From assembly GCA_044229145.1 (NCBI GenBank), contig JBGATO010000013.1, positions 1 to 64,000 of the forward strand: a stretch of DNA of 64,000 nt, written 5' to 3'. Within the stretch, counting starts at the first letter, position 1; each line of letters begins with the position of its first letter. The notes under the pieces were generated by a model. That model searched no databases, was not told the DNA's origin, and worked only from the letters and a program-made list of their open reading frames with translations. A program made the position numbers and the translations under genes. The DNA is from Candidatus Eiseniibacteriota bacterium. GTDB lineage: Bacteria; Eisenbacteria; RBG-16-71-46; CAZEPH01. This document shows positions 21,201-30,547 of the stretch, one piece after another.

Positions 21201-22841
21201 GGCAGCGTCAGCTTCAGCGTCGCGATCACCAACCTGCCCGGCGCGGTGAGCATCGCGCCGATCGCCGCGCAGAGCATCGCCGAGGGTGCGACGCTCACCG
21301 TCACGCCGCTGGCGACGTTGAGCGGGTGCGCCGAGACGCCGGTCTCCTGGACGGTGACCGGTCTGCCGGGCGCCGCCGCGGTGGATCCGACGACCGGCAC
21401 CTTCACGTGGACGCCGGGTTGCCGCGCCGCGCAGGACGGACCGGTTTATGGGCCGGTGACGCTGACCGCCACCGCGCTCACCGGTGAGGCCGCGAGTCAC
21501 GGGTTCGTCATCACGGTGACCGACGTGCCGACGATCGTCGCGCCGGTCAGCGACCTGGTGGCGACACCGCATCGCCTCGGCGCCGAAACCGATGGGACGG
21601 TGCCGCTCAGTGTCACCTTCCAGGCGCCGTCCGGCGCCGACATCGAGGTGTACCGCGCGCCCTTCGGCAACTACCCCGAATACGACGACGCGCCGGACGC
21701 CGGCGCGGTGCCGTCGATCCCGTCGTATCCGCCGCCCGCGCCGTGGACACGCACCGCGATCGCCGCGAGCGGGCAACTCGACGATCCGCCGTCGCGCGAC
21801 TGCTGGTTCTACGTGGCGTTCGCGCGCAATGCCTGTACCGACCTGTCGCCGGCCAGCGCGCTCTCGGGCGGCACGCCGAACTATCACCTCGGCGACGTCA
21901 CCGACGGCGCCATGCCGGGGCAGGGCGACAACCGCGTCGGCACGCTCGACGTGTCGCTGCTCGGCGCGCACTACGGCACGCTGCTCGCACCGCACGACGC
22001 GCTTGGCTACCTCGATGTCGGCCCGACGGTGGATCGCTCCGCCGTCACCCGGCCGCTCACCGACAGCCGGGTCGAATTCGAAGACGCGATGGTCTTCGCG
22101 CTCAACTTCGATCTCGTCGCGGCGCCGTCGTCGGGGCCGCAGATCGCGAGTGCCGGGGCCGATGCCCTGACCGCGCGGGTGCCGGCGCTCCCGGCCAGCG
22201 GGGAGGAGTTCGCGGTGCCGCTGTGGCTGGCGGCGGCCGGGGATCTCCACGGTGTGTCGGCGCGTCTCGCGTACGACGGCACCGTGGTCGACTTCGTCCG
22301 TGCCGAGAGCGGCGCGCTGCTCGCGCAACAGGATCTGCCATCGCTGGTGTTGTCGTCAGCGCCCGGCGTGATCGACGCGGCGTTGTTCGGCTCGGGCGCG
22401 GCGTTGCGCGGCGAGGGTCCGCTCGCGCTGGCGATCTTCCGTGTGGTGTCGGCAGGCGATCCGCAGATCGCGCTCGTGGCGGCCGATGGTCGTGACGGCG
22501 AAAACCGGCCGGTGACGATCGCGCTCGCGACCGACGTCGCGGCACCGCCGCCGCGCGTGCCGGATGTCACCGCGCTCGGTCCTCTCGCGCCGAATCCGGT
22601 GACCGGCGCCGCCACGCTCAGCCTGGCGTTGCACGAGAGCGGCCCGGTGCGTTTGCGTCTCTTCGATGTCGGGGGACGCTGCGTGCGGACGCTGCTCGAC
22701 GAGCAGGCCGACGCCGGAACGCGCACGGTGCGGTGGGACGGGCGTGGAGAGGACGGGCGGCGGGTCGGTGCCGGGCTCTACGTGATGCGGCTCGATGCCG
22801 GTGGGACGGTCTGCACGCGGACCGTGCACGTGGTGCGGTGA
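18282..22841 (+). CDS. Large secreted modular protein: beta-propeller repeats, Ig-like repeats, cohesin/dockerin-like region, FlgD-Ig/CTD-like tail
   Basis: GGAGG RBS; signal peptide; repeats DGxGG...WxDxR...DIYAQR...W...GVPVC; four VDPxTGxFxWTPxC repeats; C-terminal PNP..FDVGGR..WDGR..GLYVMRL. Confidence 0.85.
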   Translation: MRREWTRVWRAVVVLVVVTMCAPRLAHGVWSYDPALNTPVCTAIADQIYPIVAPDGRGGVVVAWVDYRLSGYGDIYAQRFSAQGDPLWAADGVPVCRAQYAQSQVCIAPDGAGGAFIAWTDDRGAFRNIYAQRLDSLGTAQWTAEGEALGFATRTQIDPAIAGDGAGHAIVTYTDQKTTSNDEICSAGFDGNTILWRADRVSWASGPQNGSRVIPDASGGVFVTWDDRRSGSYTDYYDIYAQRVLFDGTVMWAQDGVPVCDARYQQSGTRACLDGSGGVIVAWIDKQVGTGYFDVFANRLDVNGVRQWGAGGRPVVSVPGSHEYYQHLVPDGAGGAILVWQDDRNTANVVDLYAQRIDGAGQPLWQANGVPVCVAPNDQLLSITQAVNMTSDGAGGAVIVWEDKRGGASDLFAQRLDASGHTLWPANGIPVCTAPQSQRAPSVMSDGAAGAVVAWYDERSGRDIYAARLRASGAPFTIAASAGPHGQVVPSGVTYVPSGDTQTFTFVPDVDYMVQDVLVDGASVGAVTSYTFSGVAASHTLAVSFTLAPRNIIAFAAASACLTPGTPTLRVPATVTRIANATPLRGFSVVVQVSSHLQLAAGTASIREGAYLASLGPTMFQVTDRGGGAYAVDGVLLGQPCGATAAAGTLFDVEVTHAGIPGTGALAVTTTTLRDCGNLDVVSSAGPPSPVTIDLTPVQVGAIATQSAIEDVEMSLVPIATLDACATGPVTWSGSNLPETATVDPATGRFTWTPSCRAFDQGPQYGPVTLAARDAVGNVGVTTFGIVVANGPGTVAVAAIGGQSVAETATLVVQPQATPQGCAEPPFTWTGSGLPSGATVDPASGEFRWTPDCHAAQNGGVYGPIVLQARAATGGTGSTAFHVVVTNTPGTVFVEAVETQMAVETVPLHVVPFARVLGCADGPVTWTGSGVPSDATVDPATGEFVWTPDCRAADLDPHRGPFTLTAHAASGETGSVSFSVAITNLPGAVSIAPIAAQSIAEGATLTVTPLATLSGCAETPVSWTVTGLPGAAAVDPTTGTFTWTPGCRAAQDGPVYGPVTLTATALTGEAASHGFVITVTDVPTIVAPVSDLVATPHRLGAETDGTVPLSVTFQAPSGADIEVYRAPFGNYPEYDDAPDAGAVPSIPSYPPPAPWTRTAIAASGQLDDPPSRDCWFYVAFARNACTDLSPASALSGGTPNYHLGDVTDGAMPGQGDNRVGTLDVSLLGAHYGTLLAPHDALGYLDVGPTVDRSAVTRPLTDSRVEFEDAMVFALNFDLVAAPSSGPQIASAGADALTARVPALPASGEEFAVPLWLAAAGDLHGVSARLAYDGTVVDFVRAESGALLAQQDLPSLVLSSAPGVIDAALFGSGAALRGEGPLALAIFRVVSAGDPQIALVAADGRDGENRPVTIALATDVAAPPPRVPDVTALGPLAPNPVTGAATLSLALHESGPVRLRLFDVGGRCVRTLLDEQADAGTRTVRWDGRGEDGRRVGAGLYVMRLDAGGTVCTRTVHVVR

Positions 22842-22883
22842 GGACGCGCGTCGCGCCGTCCGGTGCGGCGTCGCGGTGAGTGT

Positions 22884-22918
22884 CCGCGGGGAGCCGGGTT
22901 CGCCCTGGCTCCCCGCGG
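22884..22918. terminator. Hairpin between convergent genes
   Basis: CCGCGGGGAGCCGGG-TTCG-CCCTGGCTCCCCGCGG. Confidence 0.6.
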
Positions 22919-22922
22919 CGCG

Positions 22923-24317
22923 TCAGAACAGGTCGAAGCGCGCGCCGTGATGCGGCGCCACCGCGCTCCAGTGCAACTCGCGTTCGATCGCGGCGGCGAA
23001 GGTGGCCGCCGGCTCGGGTTCGCCGTGCACCACGAACGCTTTGGCCGGCGTCGTGGTCGCGGTGGAGAGCCAGCGCATCAACTGCACGTTGTCGGCGTGC
23101 GCGCTGAGGCCGTGGATGGTCTCGATGCGCGCGCGCGCCGGAATCTGCTCGCCGAAGATCTTCACGCGATCGGCACCTTCCTGCAGCGAGCGGCCGCGCG
23201 TGCCGGCGGCTTGATAGCCGACCAGCAGCACGGTCGCGCGATCGTCCGGCAGTCGGTGCGCCAGGTGGTGCAGGATGCGCCCGCCGGTGGCCATGCCGCT
23301 CGCCGAAATCACCATGAAGCAGCCCTTGCGCGCGTTGATCGCCCGCGATTCCTCGACGCTGCGGGCGAGCCGGAAGTCGCGCGACTCGAGCGGTGACTCG
23401 CCGGTCGCCACGCGCTGCGCCATGTCGGCGTCGAAGTCTTCGGGATGCGCGCGGTAGATCTCGGTGGCGCTCACCGCCATCGGGCTGTCGATGTAGATTG
23501 GCAAGCGCGGGATGCGGCCGCTGTCCTCGAGCAGCGCGAGGTGGTACATCAACTCCTGCGTGCGACCGAGTGCGAAGGCCGGCACGACGATGGGGCCGCC
23601 GCGTTCGTGCGCGTGCTGGACGACGCGGGTGAGCGCGTCGGGGATCGGCTCGGCGTCGTGGGCGCGATCGCCGTAGGTGGATTCGACCAGCACCGCGTCG
23701 GCGACGCCGAGCGGAGCGGGGTCCGGCAGGATCGGTGCGTCGTAGCGGCCGACATCGCCGCTGCACACGATAGTGCGGGTGACGCCATGTCGCGTGAGCG
23801 CGAGGTGCACCGCGGACGACCCCAGAATGTGTCCCGCGCGCCGGAACGTCGCGGTGAGGCCGGGCGCAAGATCGACCGGCGTGTCGTACGGCACGCCGGA
23901 GACGCGCGCCGCCGCCGCCAGTGCGTCCGCCTCGGTGTACAGCGGCTGCGGCTTGGCATGCTTCGAGCTGCCGCGCTTGGCGTGATAGAGCGCGTCTTCT
24001 TCCTGCAAGCGTCCGCTGTCCGGCAGCAGCAATTCGGCGAGCGCCGTCGTGGCGCGCGTCGCGATCACCGGGCCGCGATAGCCGTCCGCCACCAGGCGCG
24101 GCAGGTAGCCGGTGTGGTCGATGTGCGCGTGGGTGAGCAGCACGACGTCGATCGAGCGTGGGTCGAACGGCGGCTTCTGCCAGTTGCGCTCACGCAGTTC
24201 CTTGAGGCCCTGGAACAATCCGCAGTCGATGAGGATGCGCGTGCCGCCGAGGGTGATCAAGTGCTTCGAGCCGGTGACGGTGCCGGCGGCGCCGAGGAAT
24301 TCGAAGGTGACGCTCAT
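22923..24317 (-). CDS. MBL-fold beta-CASP metallo-hydrolase (RNA-processing nuclease family)
   Basis: GAAGTVTGS, DCG, THAHIDHTG, AGHILGS, ESTYG, PAFALGRTQE, SAHAD, VHGE. Confidence 0.93.
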   Translation of the reverse strand: MSVTFEFLGAAGTVTGSKHLITLGGTRILIDCGLFQGLKELRERNWQKPPFDPRSIDVVLLTHAHIDHTGYLPRLVADGYRGPVIATRATTALAELLLPDSGRLQEEDALYHAKRGSSKHAKPQPLYTEADALAAAARVSGVPYDTPVDLAPGLTATFRRAGHILGSSAVHLALTRHGVTRTIVCSGDVGRYDAPILPDPAPLGVADAVLVESTYGDRAHDAEPIPDALTRVVQHAHERGGPIVVPAFALGRTQELMYHLALLEDSGRIPRLPIYIDSPMAVSATEIYRAHPEDFDADMAQRVATGESPLESRDFRLARSVEESRAINARKGCFMVISASGMATGGRILHHLAHRLPDDRATVLLVGYQAAGTRGRSLQEGADRVKIFGEQIPARARIETIHGLSAHADNVQLMRWLSTATTTPAKAFVVHGEPEPAATFAAAIERELHWSAVAPHHGARFDLF

Positions 24318-24394
24318 CGCGTGGCCACTCCGGTGTGAACGGCGTGAGGTCTGCGAACCCTACGCGCCCACGCCGCGGCTGACAATGGGCGCCG

Positions 24395-25414
24395 TCAGCC
24401 GAGCCGGTAGAGGTACTCCGGCGTCCCGTCGACCGGCGGCTCGCCGTGGCCGTCGTCCTCGACGCGCACGAAGCCGTTCTTCTCCAACACGCGGATCGAC
24501 CCGATGTTGTGCTGCGCGACGTAGGCGTAGAGCGGGCGATCGGTGCGGCCAAGGAGCGTGAGGCGCAGTCCTTCGCTGGCGATGCCGCGCCCCCACAATG
24601 CGCGGCCGATCCAGTAGCCGACGAATTCGCGACCGCCAAGCCCGAACACGCCCATGCTCCCGGCGATCTCGTCGCCGGCGAGAATCGTGTACGCGTAGAC
24701 GTCTGGCGTGGAGAAGATGCGCGCCCAATGCGCGTCGAACGCGGCCCGGTCGCGCGAGGGGAACGCCGCCATCGCGGCAGCGTCGGGATCGGCCTGGAAG
24801 GCGAAGAGGGTCGGCAGGTCCTCGGCGCGCGTCTCGCGGATCCACACGCCGGTGCGCGGGCGCCGGGCTTCCCATTCGCGGGCGAGCAATCCGTAGAACC
24901 CGGTGTCGGAGATCTCGCCGTTGACCCGCCAGCGATCGCGCAGTGTGCCTTCGTGCGTGAAGCCGAGACGTTTCAGGGTGCGCCGCGAGCCGTCGTTGCG
25001 TGGGTCGATGTCGGCTTCGAGGCGGTGCAGGCCGAATGGTCCGAACGCCCAATCGACGAGCAGGGTCAGCGCCTCATGCATGTAGCCGTGTCCCCAGTGC
25101 TCGGGGGCGAGGATGTAGCCGATTTCGGCGCGCCGGCTGGCGTGGTGGAAGTGGAACAGCGTGCACTTGCCGAGCAACGTGTCGTCGTCGCGGCGCGCGA
25201 TCGCCAGCTCGAGGTACGAGCCGTCGGCGGCGCCGGCGCGCGCGTCGGCGACGATCTGCTGTGCCTCGTCGCGTGACTGCATCGGCGGCGTCGCCCAATA
25301 CCGCATCGCCTGCGGGTGCGCCATCATGGCGAACAAGGCGTCGACGTCGCCGTCGTGCAGACCGCGCAGCACCACGCGTTCGCCGGTGAGGCGCAGGGAT
25401 GCGAAGTGCGCCAC
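24395..25414 (-). CDS. Tandem two-domain GNAT (RimJ/RimL-like) acetyltransferase
   Basis: Two GNAT motif sets: EIGY..HWGHGY..N.GS..LGF.HEG and VGYW..WGRGIA..NIGS.RVLEKNGF. Confidence 0.88.
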   Translation of the reverse strand: MAHFASLRLTGERVVLRGLHDGDVDALFAMMAHPQAMRYWATPPMQSRDEAQQIVADARAGAADGSYLELAIARRDDDTLLGKCTLFHFHHASRRAEIGYILAPEHWGHGYMHEALTLLVDWAFGPFGLHRLEADIDPRNDGSRRTLKRLGFTHEGTLRDRWRVNGEISDTGFYGLLAREWEARRPRTGVWIRETRAEDLPTLFAFQADPDAAAMAAFPSRDRAAFDAHWARIFSTPDVYAYTILAGDEIAGSMGVFGLGGREFVGYWIGRALWGRGIASEGLRLTLLGRTDRPLYAYVAQHNIGSIRVLEKNGFVRVEDDGHGEPPVDGTPEYLYRLG

Positions 25415-25418
25415 GCGG

Positions 25419-26357
25419 TTACCGCAGCGGGTCGAGCAGACCGGTGCGCTCGAGCAGCGCGCGCAGCACGTGCAGGGTGGCCGGCGGCGCCGGCACCAGC
25501 GGCAGACGCGGCGGCCCGCCGTAGTAGCCCTGCATCTCCATCGCCGCCTTCAGGCCGGCGACGCCGTACTTGCTCGGCACCGCGCGCGCCAGCGCCATCG
25601 ACGTGTGTTGCAGTTCGCGCGCCTCGGCGTACCGGCCGGCCTTGTGGTGGGCGAGGATGCCGAGCGGAATCTGCGGCGCGATGTTGGCCAGCGCCAGCAC
25701 ACCGCCGTGGGCGCCGAGGCACAAGGCCGCGAACAGCACCGGCATGTTGCCGACCAGCGTGTGGAAGTCCTCGGGCGCGTTGTACACGATTTGCGAGATC
25801 TGCGTGATGTTGCCGCTCGAGTCCTTGATGCCGATGATGTTCGGGTGCGCCTTCAGATGGCGCGCGACGTTCTCGCCGAGTTCCACGCCGGTGAACGCCG
25901 GCACGTTGTAGAGGATGATCGGAATCGGCGACGCCTCGGCGACATCGAGGTAGAACCGCGCCAGCACGTCCTCGGTCATCGCGGCGCGGAAGTACGATGG
26001 CGTGATCACCAGACCCGCGTCGGCGCCGAGGTCCGCCGCCTCGCGCGTGCGCGCGATCGTGCCCTGCGTCGATTCCGCGCCGGTTCCCACCACGAGCAGC
26101 TTGCCCTTCGGTGTCGCCTCGCGCGCGGCGCGGATCAGCGAGATGCGCTCGTCGTTGGTGAGCAGCGGCGCCTCACCGGTGGACGCGCAGGCGACGTAGC
26201 CGCTGATCGACTCGCCGTCGACATTCACCGAGTCCCACTTGGCGATGTTCTCCTGCAAGTGGTCGGTGTCCAGCCGGCCATCGACGCCGAACGGCGTCGT
26301 CACCGGAATCATGATCCCGTCGATGCACAACGGGCGTTCGTGCGGATTCGGCGTCAT
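25419..26357 (-). CDS. Dihydrodipicolinate synthase family aldolase (possibly HOGA-like)
   Basis: VTTPF, STGE, YNVP, GIKDSSG Schiff-base Lys; ATGA overlap with the leuS stop. Confidence 0.88.
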   Translation of the reverse strand: MTPNPHERPLCIDGIMIPVTTPFGVDGRLDTDHLQENIAKWDSVNVDGESISGYVACASTGEAPLLTNDERISLIRAAREATPKGKLLVVGTGAESTQGTIARTREAADLGADAGLVITPSYFRAAMTEDVLARFYLDVAEASPIPIILYNVPAFTGVELGENVARHLKAHPNIIGIKDSSGNITQISQIVYNAPEDFHTLVGNMPVLFAALCLGAHGGVLALANIAPQIPLGILAHHKAGRYAEARELQHTSMALARAVPSKYGVAGLKAAMEMQGYYGGPPRLPLVPAPPATLHVLRALLERTGLLDPLR

Positions 26358-28855
26358 CCCTTCACTACCACGTTCACGAGACGTTCCTTCACGTAGACGA
26401 TCTTGACGATGTCCTTGCCGGCGATCGCGGCCGCCATCTTGTCGTTCGCCTGCGCGAGAGCCTTGGCGTCGTCGTCGCCGAGGCCGCGCGGCGCTTGCAC
26501 CTTGTCGCGCACCTTGCCGTTGATTTGCAGCACCAGCTCGAAGCTGTCCTCGACGGCCAGCGCGTCGTCCCACTCCGGCAGTTGCTGCAGGTGGATCGAG
26601 GCGCCCTCGCGGAACGTGCGCGACCACAGCTCGTCGCCCAGGTGCGGGGCGATCGGCGCGAGCAGGAGGAGCAGGCGATGCATGGCGTCGCGCCACGCGG
26701 CGGCGAATGCGTCGCTCGGCGCGTCGCCGGCGGCGGCGCGCGCGTCCTGCATGCCGGTGAGGAACACCATCAGCGCGCTGACCGCGGTGTTGAAGCGGTA
26801 CTTCTCGTAGTCGCCGAGCACCTTGCGCGTGGTGCGGTGCGCGAGGCCGCGCAGTTCGGCGGCGCGCGGGTCGCTGGCGATGTCCGCGGTACTCCGCGCC
26901 GCGCGTTCGGCCAGCGGCCAGCCGTCGAGCACCGTCTCCCACACGCGGCTCAGGAACCGGTGCACGCCGACGATGCTGCGCGGATTCCACACCACGTCCT
27001 GATCGAACGGCGCCATGAACAGTTCGTAGACGCGCAGCGTGTCGGCGCCGAATTCCTCGACGACGGAATCCGGCGTAATGACGTTGCCCTTCGACTTCGA
27101 CATGCGGGCGCCGTCCGGCGCGTGCACGACGCCTTGGTTGTAGAGGCGCGTGAACGGCTCGCGGAAATCGAGCAGTCCGGCGTCCGCCATCACCTTCGTC
27201 CAGAAGCGCGCGTAGAGCAGATGCATCACCGCGTGCTCGGCACCGCCGACGTAGAGATCCACCGGCAGCCAGTACTTCACCGCCTCGGGATCGAACGCGC
27301 GGTCGCTCACGCGCGGCGACGCGAAGCGCAGGAAATACCACGACGAACACGCGAAGCCGCCCATCGTGTCGGTCTCGCGCGTCGCCGGCCCGCCGCACTC
27401 CGGGCATGTCGTGTTGACGAACTCGGGAATGCCGGCCAGCGGCGATTGCCCGGTGCCGCTCGGCTTGTACTGCTCGACCTGCGGCAACAGCACCGGCAAC
27501 TGCGATTCCGGCACCGGCAGCTCGCCGTGCTCGGGGCAATAGACGATCGGGATCGGCGCGCCCCAGTAGCGTTGGCGCGAGATCAGCCAGTCGCGGATGC
27601 GGTACTGCACGGTGCGCAGGCCGACGCCCATCGATTCGAGATCCGCGGCGATGGCGTCCCATGCGTCGTCGCTCGCCATGCCGTCGAAGCGGCCGCTGTT
27701 CACCATCGTGCCGGCATCGACGTACGCGGCGGCGAGCGGCACGGTCGCGTCGGTGCCCGGCTCCTGGATCACCGTGCGAATGGGCAATCCGAGGCGCGTC
27801 GCGAAGTCGAAGTCGCGCGTGTCGTGCGCCGGCACCGCCATCACCGCGCCGGTGCCGTAGGACGCCAGCACGTAGTCGGCGATGTACACCGGCACCGCTT
27901 CGCCGTTCACCGGATTGATGGCGTGCGCGCCGGTCCACACGCCGTCGCGGACGCGCTCGGTGCTCAGGCGGTCGGTGTCGGTCATGCGGCGCGTCTTCTC
28001 GCGGTAGGCATCCACCGCGGCGCGCTGGTCCGGCGTGGTGATCGCGTCCACCAGCGCGTGCTCCGGCGCCAGCACGCAGAACGTCATGCCGAACACGGTG
28101 TCGATGCGGGTGGTGAAGACGCGCATCGCCACGCCGTCGTGGCCCTGGATCGCGAGATCGAACTCGACGCCTTCGCTGCGGCCGATCCAGTTCCGCTGCA
28201 TCAGCTTGATGCGCTCCGGCCAGTCGACATCCTCGAGTCCGTCGATCAGCTCATCAGCGTAGGAAGTGATGCGGAAGAACCACTGCGGCATGCCGCGGCG
28301 CTCGACCTGCGAGCCGCAGCGCCAGCACTTGCCGTCCTCGACTTCCTCGTTCGCCAGCACCGTCTGGCACGACGGACACCAGTTCGCCGGCGCGTCGCTG
28401 CGGTAGGCCAGCCCGCGCTTGTAGAGCAGCAGGAAGAACCATTGCGTCCAGCGGTAGTACTCGGGCGAGGACGAGTTGATCTCGCGCTCCCAGTCGTACG
28501 AGGTGCCGATCAGTCGCAGCTGCCGCTTGTAGTTGGCGACGTAGTTCGCCGTCGTCACCGTCGGATGGACGCCCTTGTTGATCGCCTCGTTCTCGGCCGG
28601 CAGGCCGAAGGCGTCCCAGCCCATCGGGTGCAGCACGTTGAGCCCGCGCATCCGCGCCACGCGGCTGATCACGTCGGTGGGGACGTAGTTGTGGCAGTGC
28701 CCGACGCTGAGCCCCGCGCCCGACGGATACGGGAAGAAGTCGAGGCAATAGAACTTGCGCGCCGCGGTGTCGGCCGGCGTGCGGTAGAGCGCGGTCTGCT
28801 CCCAGCGATCCTGCCAGGCGGATTCGAAATCGTGCGGACTGTAACGGTCTGCCAT
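26354..28855 (-). CDS. leuS: Leucine--tRNA ligase
   Basis: FPYPSG, PMGWDAFGLPAEN, CP1 editing motifs FTTR and GTGAVMAVPAHD, RMSKS, QINGKVR. Confidence 0.97.
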   Translation of the reverse strand: MADRYSPHDFESAWQDRWEQTALYRTPADTAARKFYCLDFFPYPSGAGLSVGHCHNYVPTDVISRVARMRGLNVLHPMGWDAFGLPAENEAINKGVHPTVTTANYVANYKRQLRLIGTSYDWEREINSSSPEYYRWTQWFFLLLYKRGLAYRSDAPANWCPSCQTVLANEEVEDGKCWRCGSQVERRGMPQWFFRITSYADELIDGLEDVDWPERIKLMQRNWIGRSEGVEFDLAIQGHDGVAMRVFTTRIDTVFGMTFCVLAPEHALVDAITTPDQRAAVDAYREKTRRMTDTDRLSTERVRDGVWTGAHAINPVNGEAVPVYIADYVLASYGTGAVMAVPAHDTRDFDFATRLGLPIRTVIQEPGTDATVPLAAAYVDAGTMVNSGRFDGMASDDAWDAIAADLESMGVGLRTVQYRIRDWLISRQRYWGAPIPIVYCPEHGELPVPESQLPVLLPQVEQYKPSGTGQSPLAGIPEFVNTTCPECGGPATRETDTMGGFACSSWYFLRFASPRVSDRAFDPEAVKYWLPVDLYVGGAEHAVMHLLYARFWTKVMADAGLLDFREPFTRLYNQGVVHAPDGARMSKSKGNVITPDSVVEEFGADTLRVYELFMAPFDQDVVWNPRSIVGVHRFLSRVWETVLDGWPLAERAARSTADIASDPRAAELRGLAHRTTRKVLGDYEKYRFNTAVSALMVFLTGMQDARAAAGDAPSDAFAAAWRDAMHRLLLLLAPIAPHLGDELWSRTFREGASIHLQQLPEWDDALAVEDSFELVLQINGKVRDKVQAPRGLGDDDAKALAQANDKMAAAIAGKDIVKIVYVKERLVNVVVKG

Positions 28856-28944
28856 GTCCATCCTCTAAGGAAGAGAGAACGGCCAGGGTAACAAACCGGT
28901 GCGCCGGGGGGCAACCGAAGCGGGGGACCGCTCCGGCGCGGCCG

Positions 28945-30477
28945 CTACGGCTTCCGCAGCATCCGCACACTCGGCACCTGCGGCAGGAACTCGATGACCG
29001 GCAGCGCCGAGTGTGCGTTGATGCCCGCGGCAATGCGCTGGACCATGAGCTGCGAGCGCGGATCGGCGTCGGAGGCCGGCGGGTGCTCGAGCAAGTCGCC
29101 GAGGTCGACGAGCGGATCGAATCCGAACATCTCCGTGAATCGCCTCCGCGGGCCCGGATGCGTGAGATGCCGCGGCTGCACGACGATCAGATCGCGGCGC
29201 TCGCCGCCGAGGATCTGGTAGACGCGCAGGCGGTTCGCCATGTCGTCGTCCCACACGACGAAGGCGCGTTCACGCGGCAGACTGTCCCACATCGAGCGCA
29301 GGAGCAGTTCGAATTGAGCGAAGGAGTGATTGCGCTCGCGCGCGACCACGACGCCTTCGATGCTCGCCGCGAGCACGCCGGCGAACCCGGCGAGCACCAG
29401 CGCACGTCCGATGCGTTCGAGTCCGCCGAGCGAGGCGAGCGCTGCGACCGCCAACACGAGGCCGAGCGCCGTCGGCGCCAGGAAGTACGGCGCGGGATCG
29501 GGCACGCCATACGCAAAGCAATACGCACCTTGCACGAGCACGCACACGCCAAGCGCGCGCCGCACCCCATCACCACGCAGCGTGCACCACGCCGCACCGA
29601 GCATCGCCGGCACGAACCACGGGTATACGAATGCGCCAAGCAACTTGCGCTGTCCCGGCGACGGCGCGAAGTGGCCGAGGAACGTCCGGTACTGCGCACC
29701 GCTGACATGCGCGCGCACGCTCTCCCACGCCGGCGCCAGTTCCGGCCATTGCACCGCGGCTGGATGCCAGGCGCGCCACGCGACGTAGCCGAGCGACGCC
29801 AGCGGCACGCAGGCACCCAGCACGGCCCACGGCAGCGCGCGCACCGCGCCGCGCCGGGCGGCACTCGCCACCAACATCACGGTGAGCGGCGCGCTGAAGA
29901 ACACGCTCGTCGCGTGGTGTGCGAGTCCGGCGCCCGCCGCGACGCCCCACACGAACCACGCGCGCCGCGCCGCGCCGCTCTCGAATGCGCGCGCCGCGTG
30001 CCACGCCACCAACCCCGCCACCATCGCCCACGCGACGGCCCACGCATTCACCTCGGCGAGCGTCGTTTCCACCGTCCAGGCGGGGTTGAGCGCGAACGCG
30101 CCCACCGGCAGCAGCGCGACCCACGTCGCGGCCCGCGCGCCGAGACGTGGTGCCATGAGCCGCGCGGCGAGCGCGTGCAGCGCGGCCATCGCCACCGCGC
30201 CGCCGCACGCACTCCACGCATTCGCGCTCCACGCCCACGGCGCGCCGAGCGCGTGTAGGAGCCGGACGAAGACACCGCCGCACAGCGTGTAGAGCGGATA
30301 GCCGGTGGGGTGGGCGAGGCCGAACGTCGCCAACACGAGCGTCAGTTCGCCACTGTCCTTGTCCGCCGGGACAGGACAGAGCAGTGCCACATAGGCGACG
30401 AACGCGCAGACGCCAACGGCCACGGAAGCCATCGGCGCGGGAGAACTCGGAACGGGACGGCGGGTGGCGGTCATCAC
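28945..30477 (-). CDS. DUF2723/TMEM260-like membrane glycosyltransferase (GT-C)
   Basis: DSGEL...GLAHPTGYPLY motif, AEV, HH, multiple TM helices. Confidence 0.8.
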   Translation of the reverse strand: MMTATRRPVPSSPAPMASVAVGVCAFVAYVALLCPVPADKDSGELTLVLATFGLAHPTGYPLYTLCGGVFVRLLHALGAPWAWSANAWSACGGAVAMAALHALAARLMAPRLGARAATWVALLPVGAFALNPAWTVETTLAEVNAWAVAWAMVAGLVAWHAARAFESGAARRAWFVWGVAAGAGLAHHATSVFFSAPLTVMLVASAARRGAVRALPWAVLGACVPLASLGYVAWRAWHPAAVQWPELAPAWESVRAHVSGAQYRTFLGHFAPSPGQRKLLGAFVYPWFVPAMLGAAWCTLRGDGVRRALGVCVLVQGAYCFAYGVPDPAPYFLAPTALGLVLAVAALASLGGLERIGRALVLAGFAGVLAASIEGVVVARERNHSFAQFELLLRSMWDSLPRERAFVVWDDDMANRLRVYQILGGERRDLIVVQPRHLTHPGPRRRFTEMFGFDPLVDLGDLLEHPPASDADPRSQLMVQRIAAGINAHSALPVIEFLPQVPSVRMLRKP

Positions 30478-30547
30478 GGACCCTCGCGCGGTACGGAACG
30501 GCGCAGCCTACCAAGCCGATCCGCCGCGGGCAACGCGGGCCGTGCGC

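Noticed and set aside
18340..21530. Repeated DNA segments as a possible CRISPR or tandem array
   Set aside because: They are in-frame protein domain repeats with no repeat-spacer pattern, and no cas genes are present
28856..28944. T-box leader upstream of leuS
   Set aside because: The gap is only about 90 nt and has no T-box consensus
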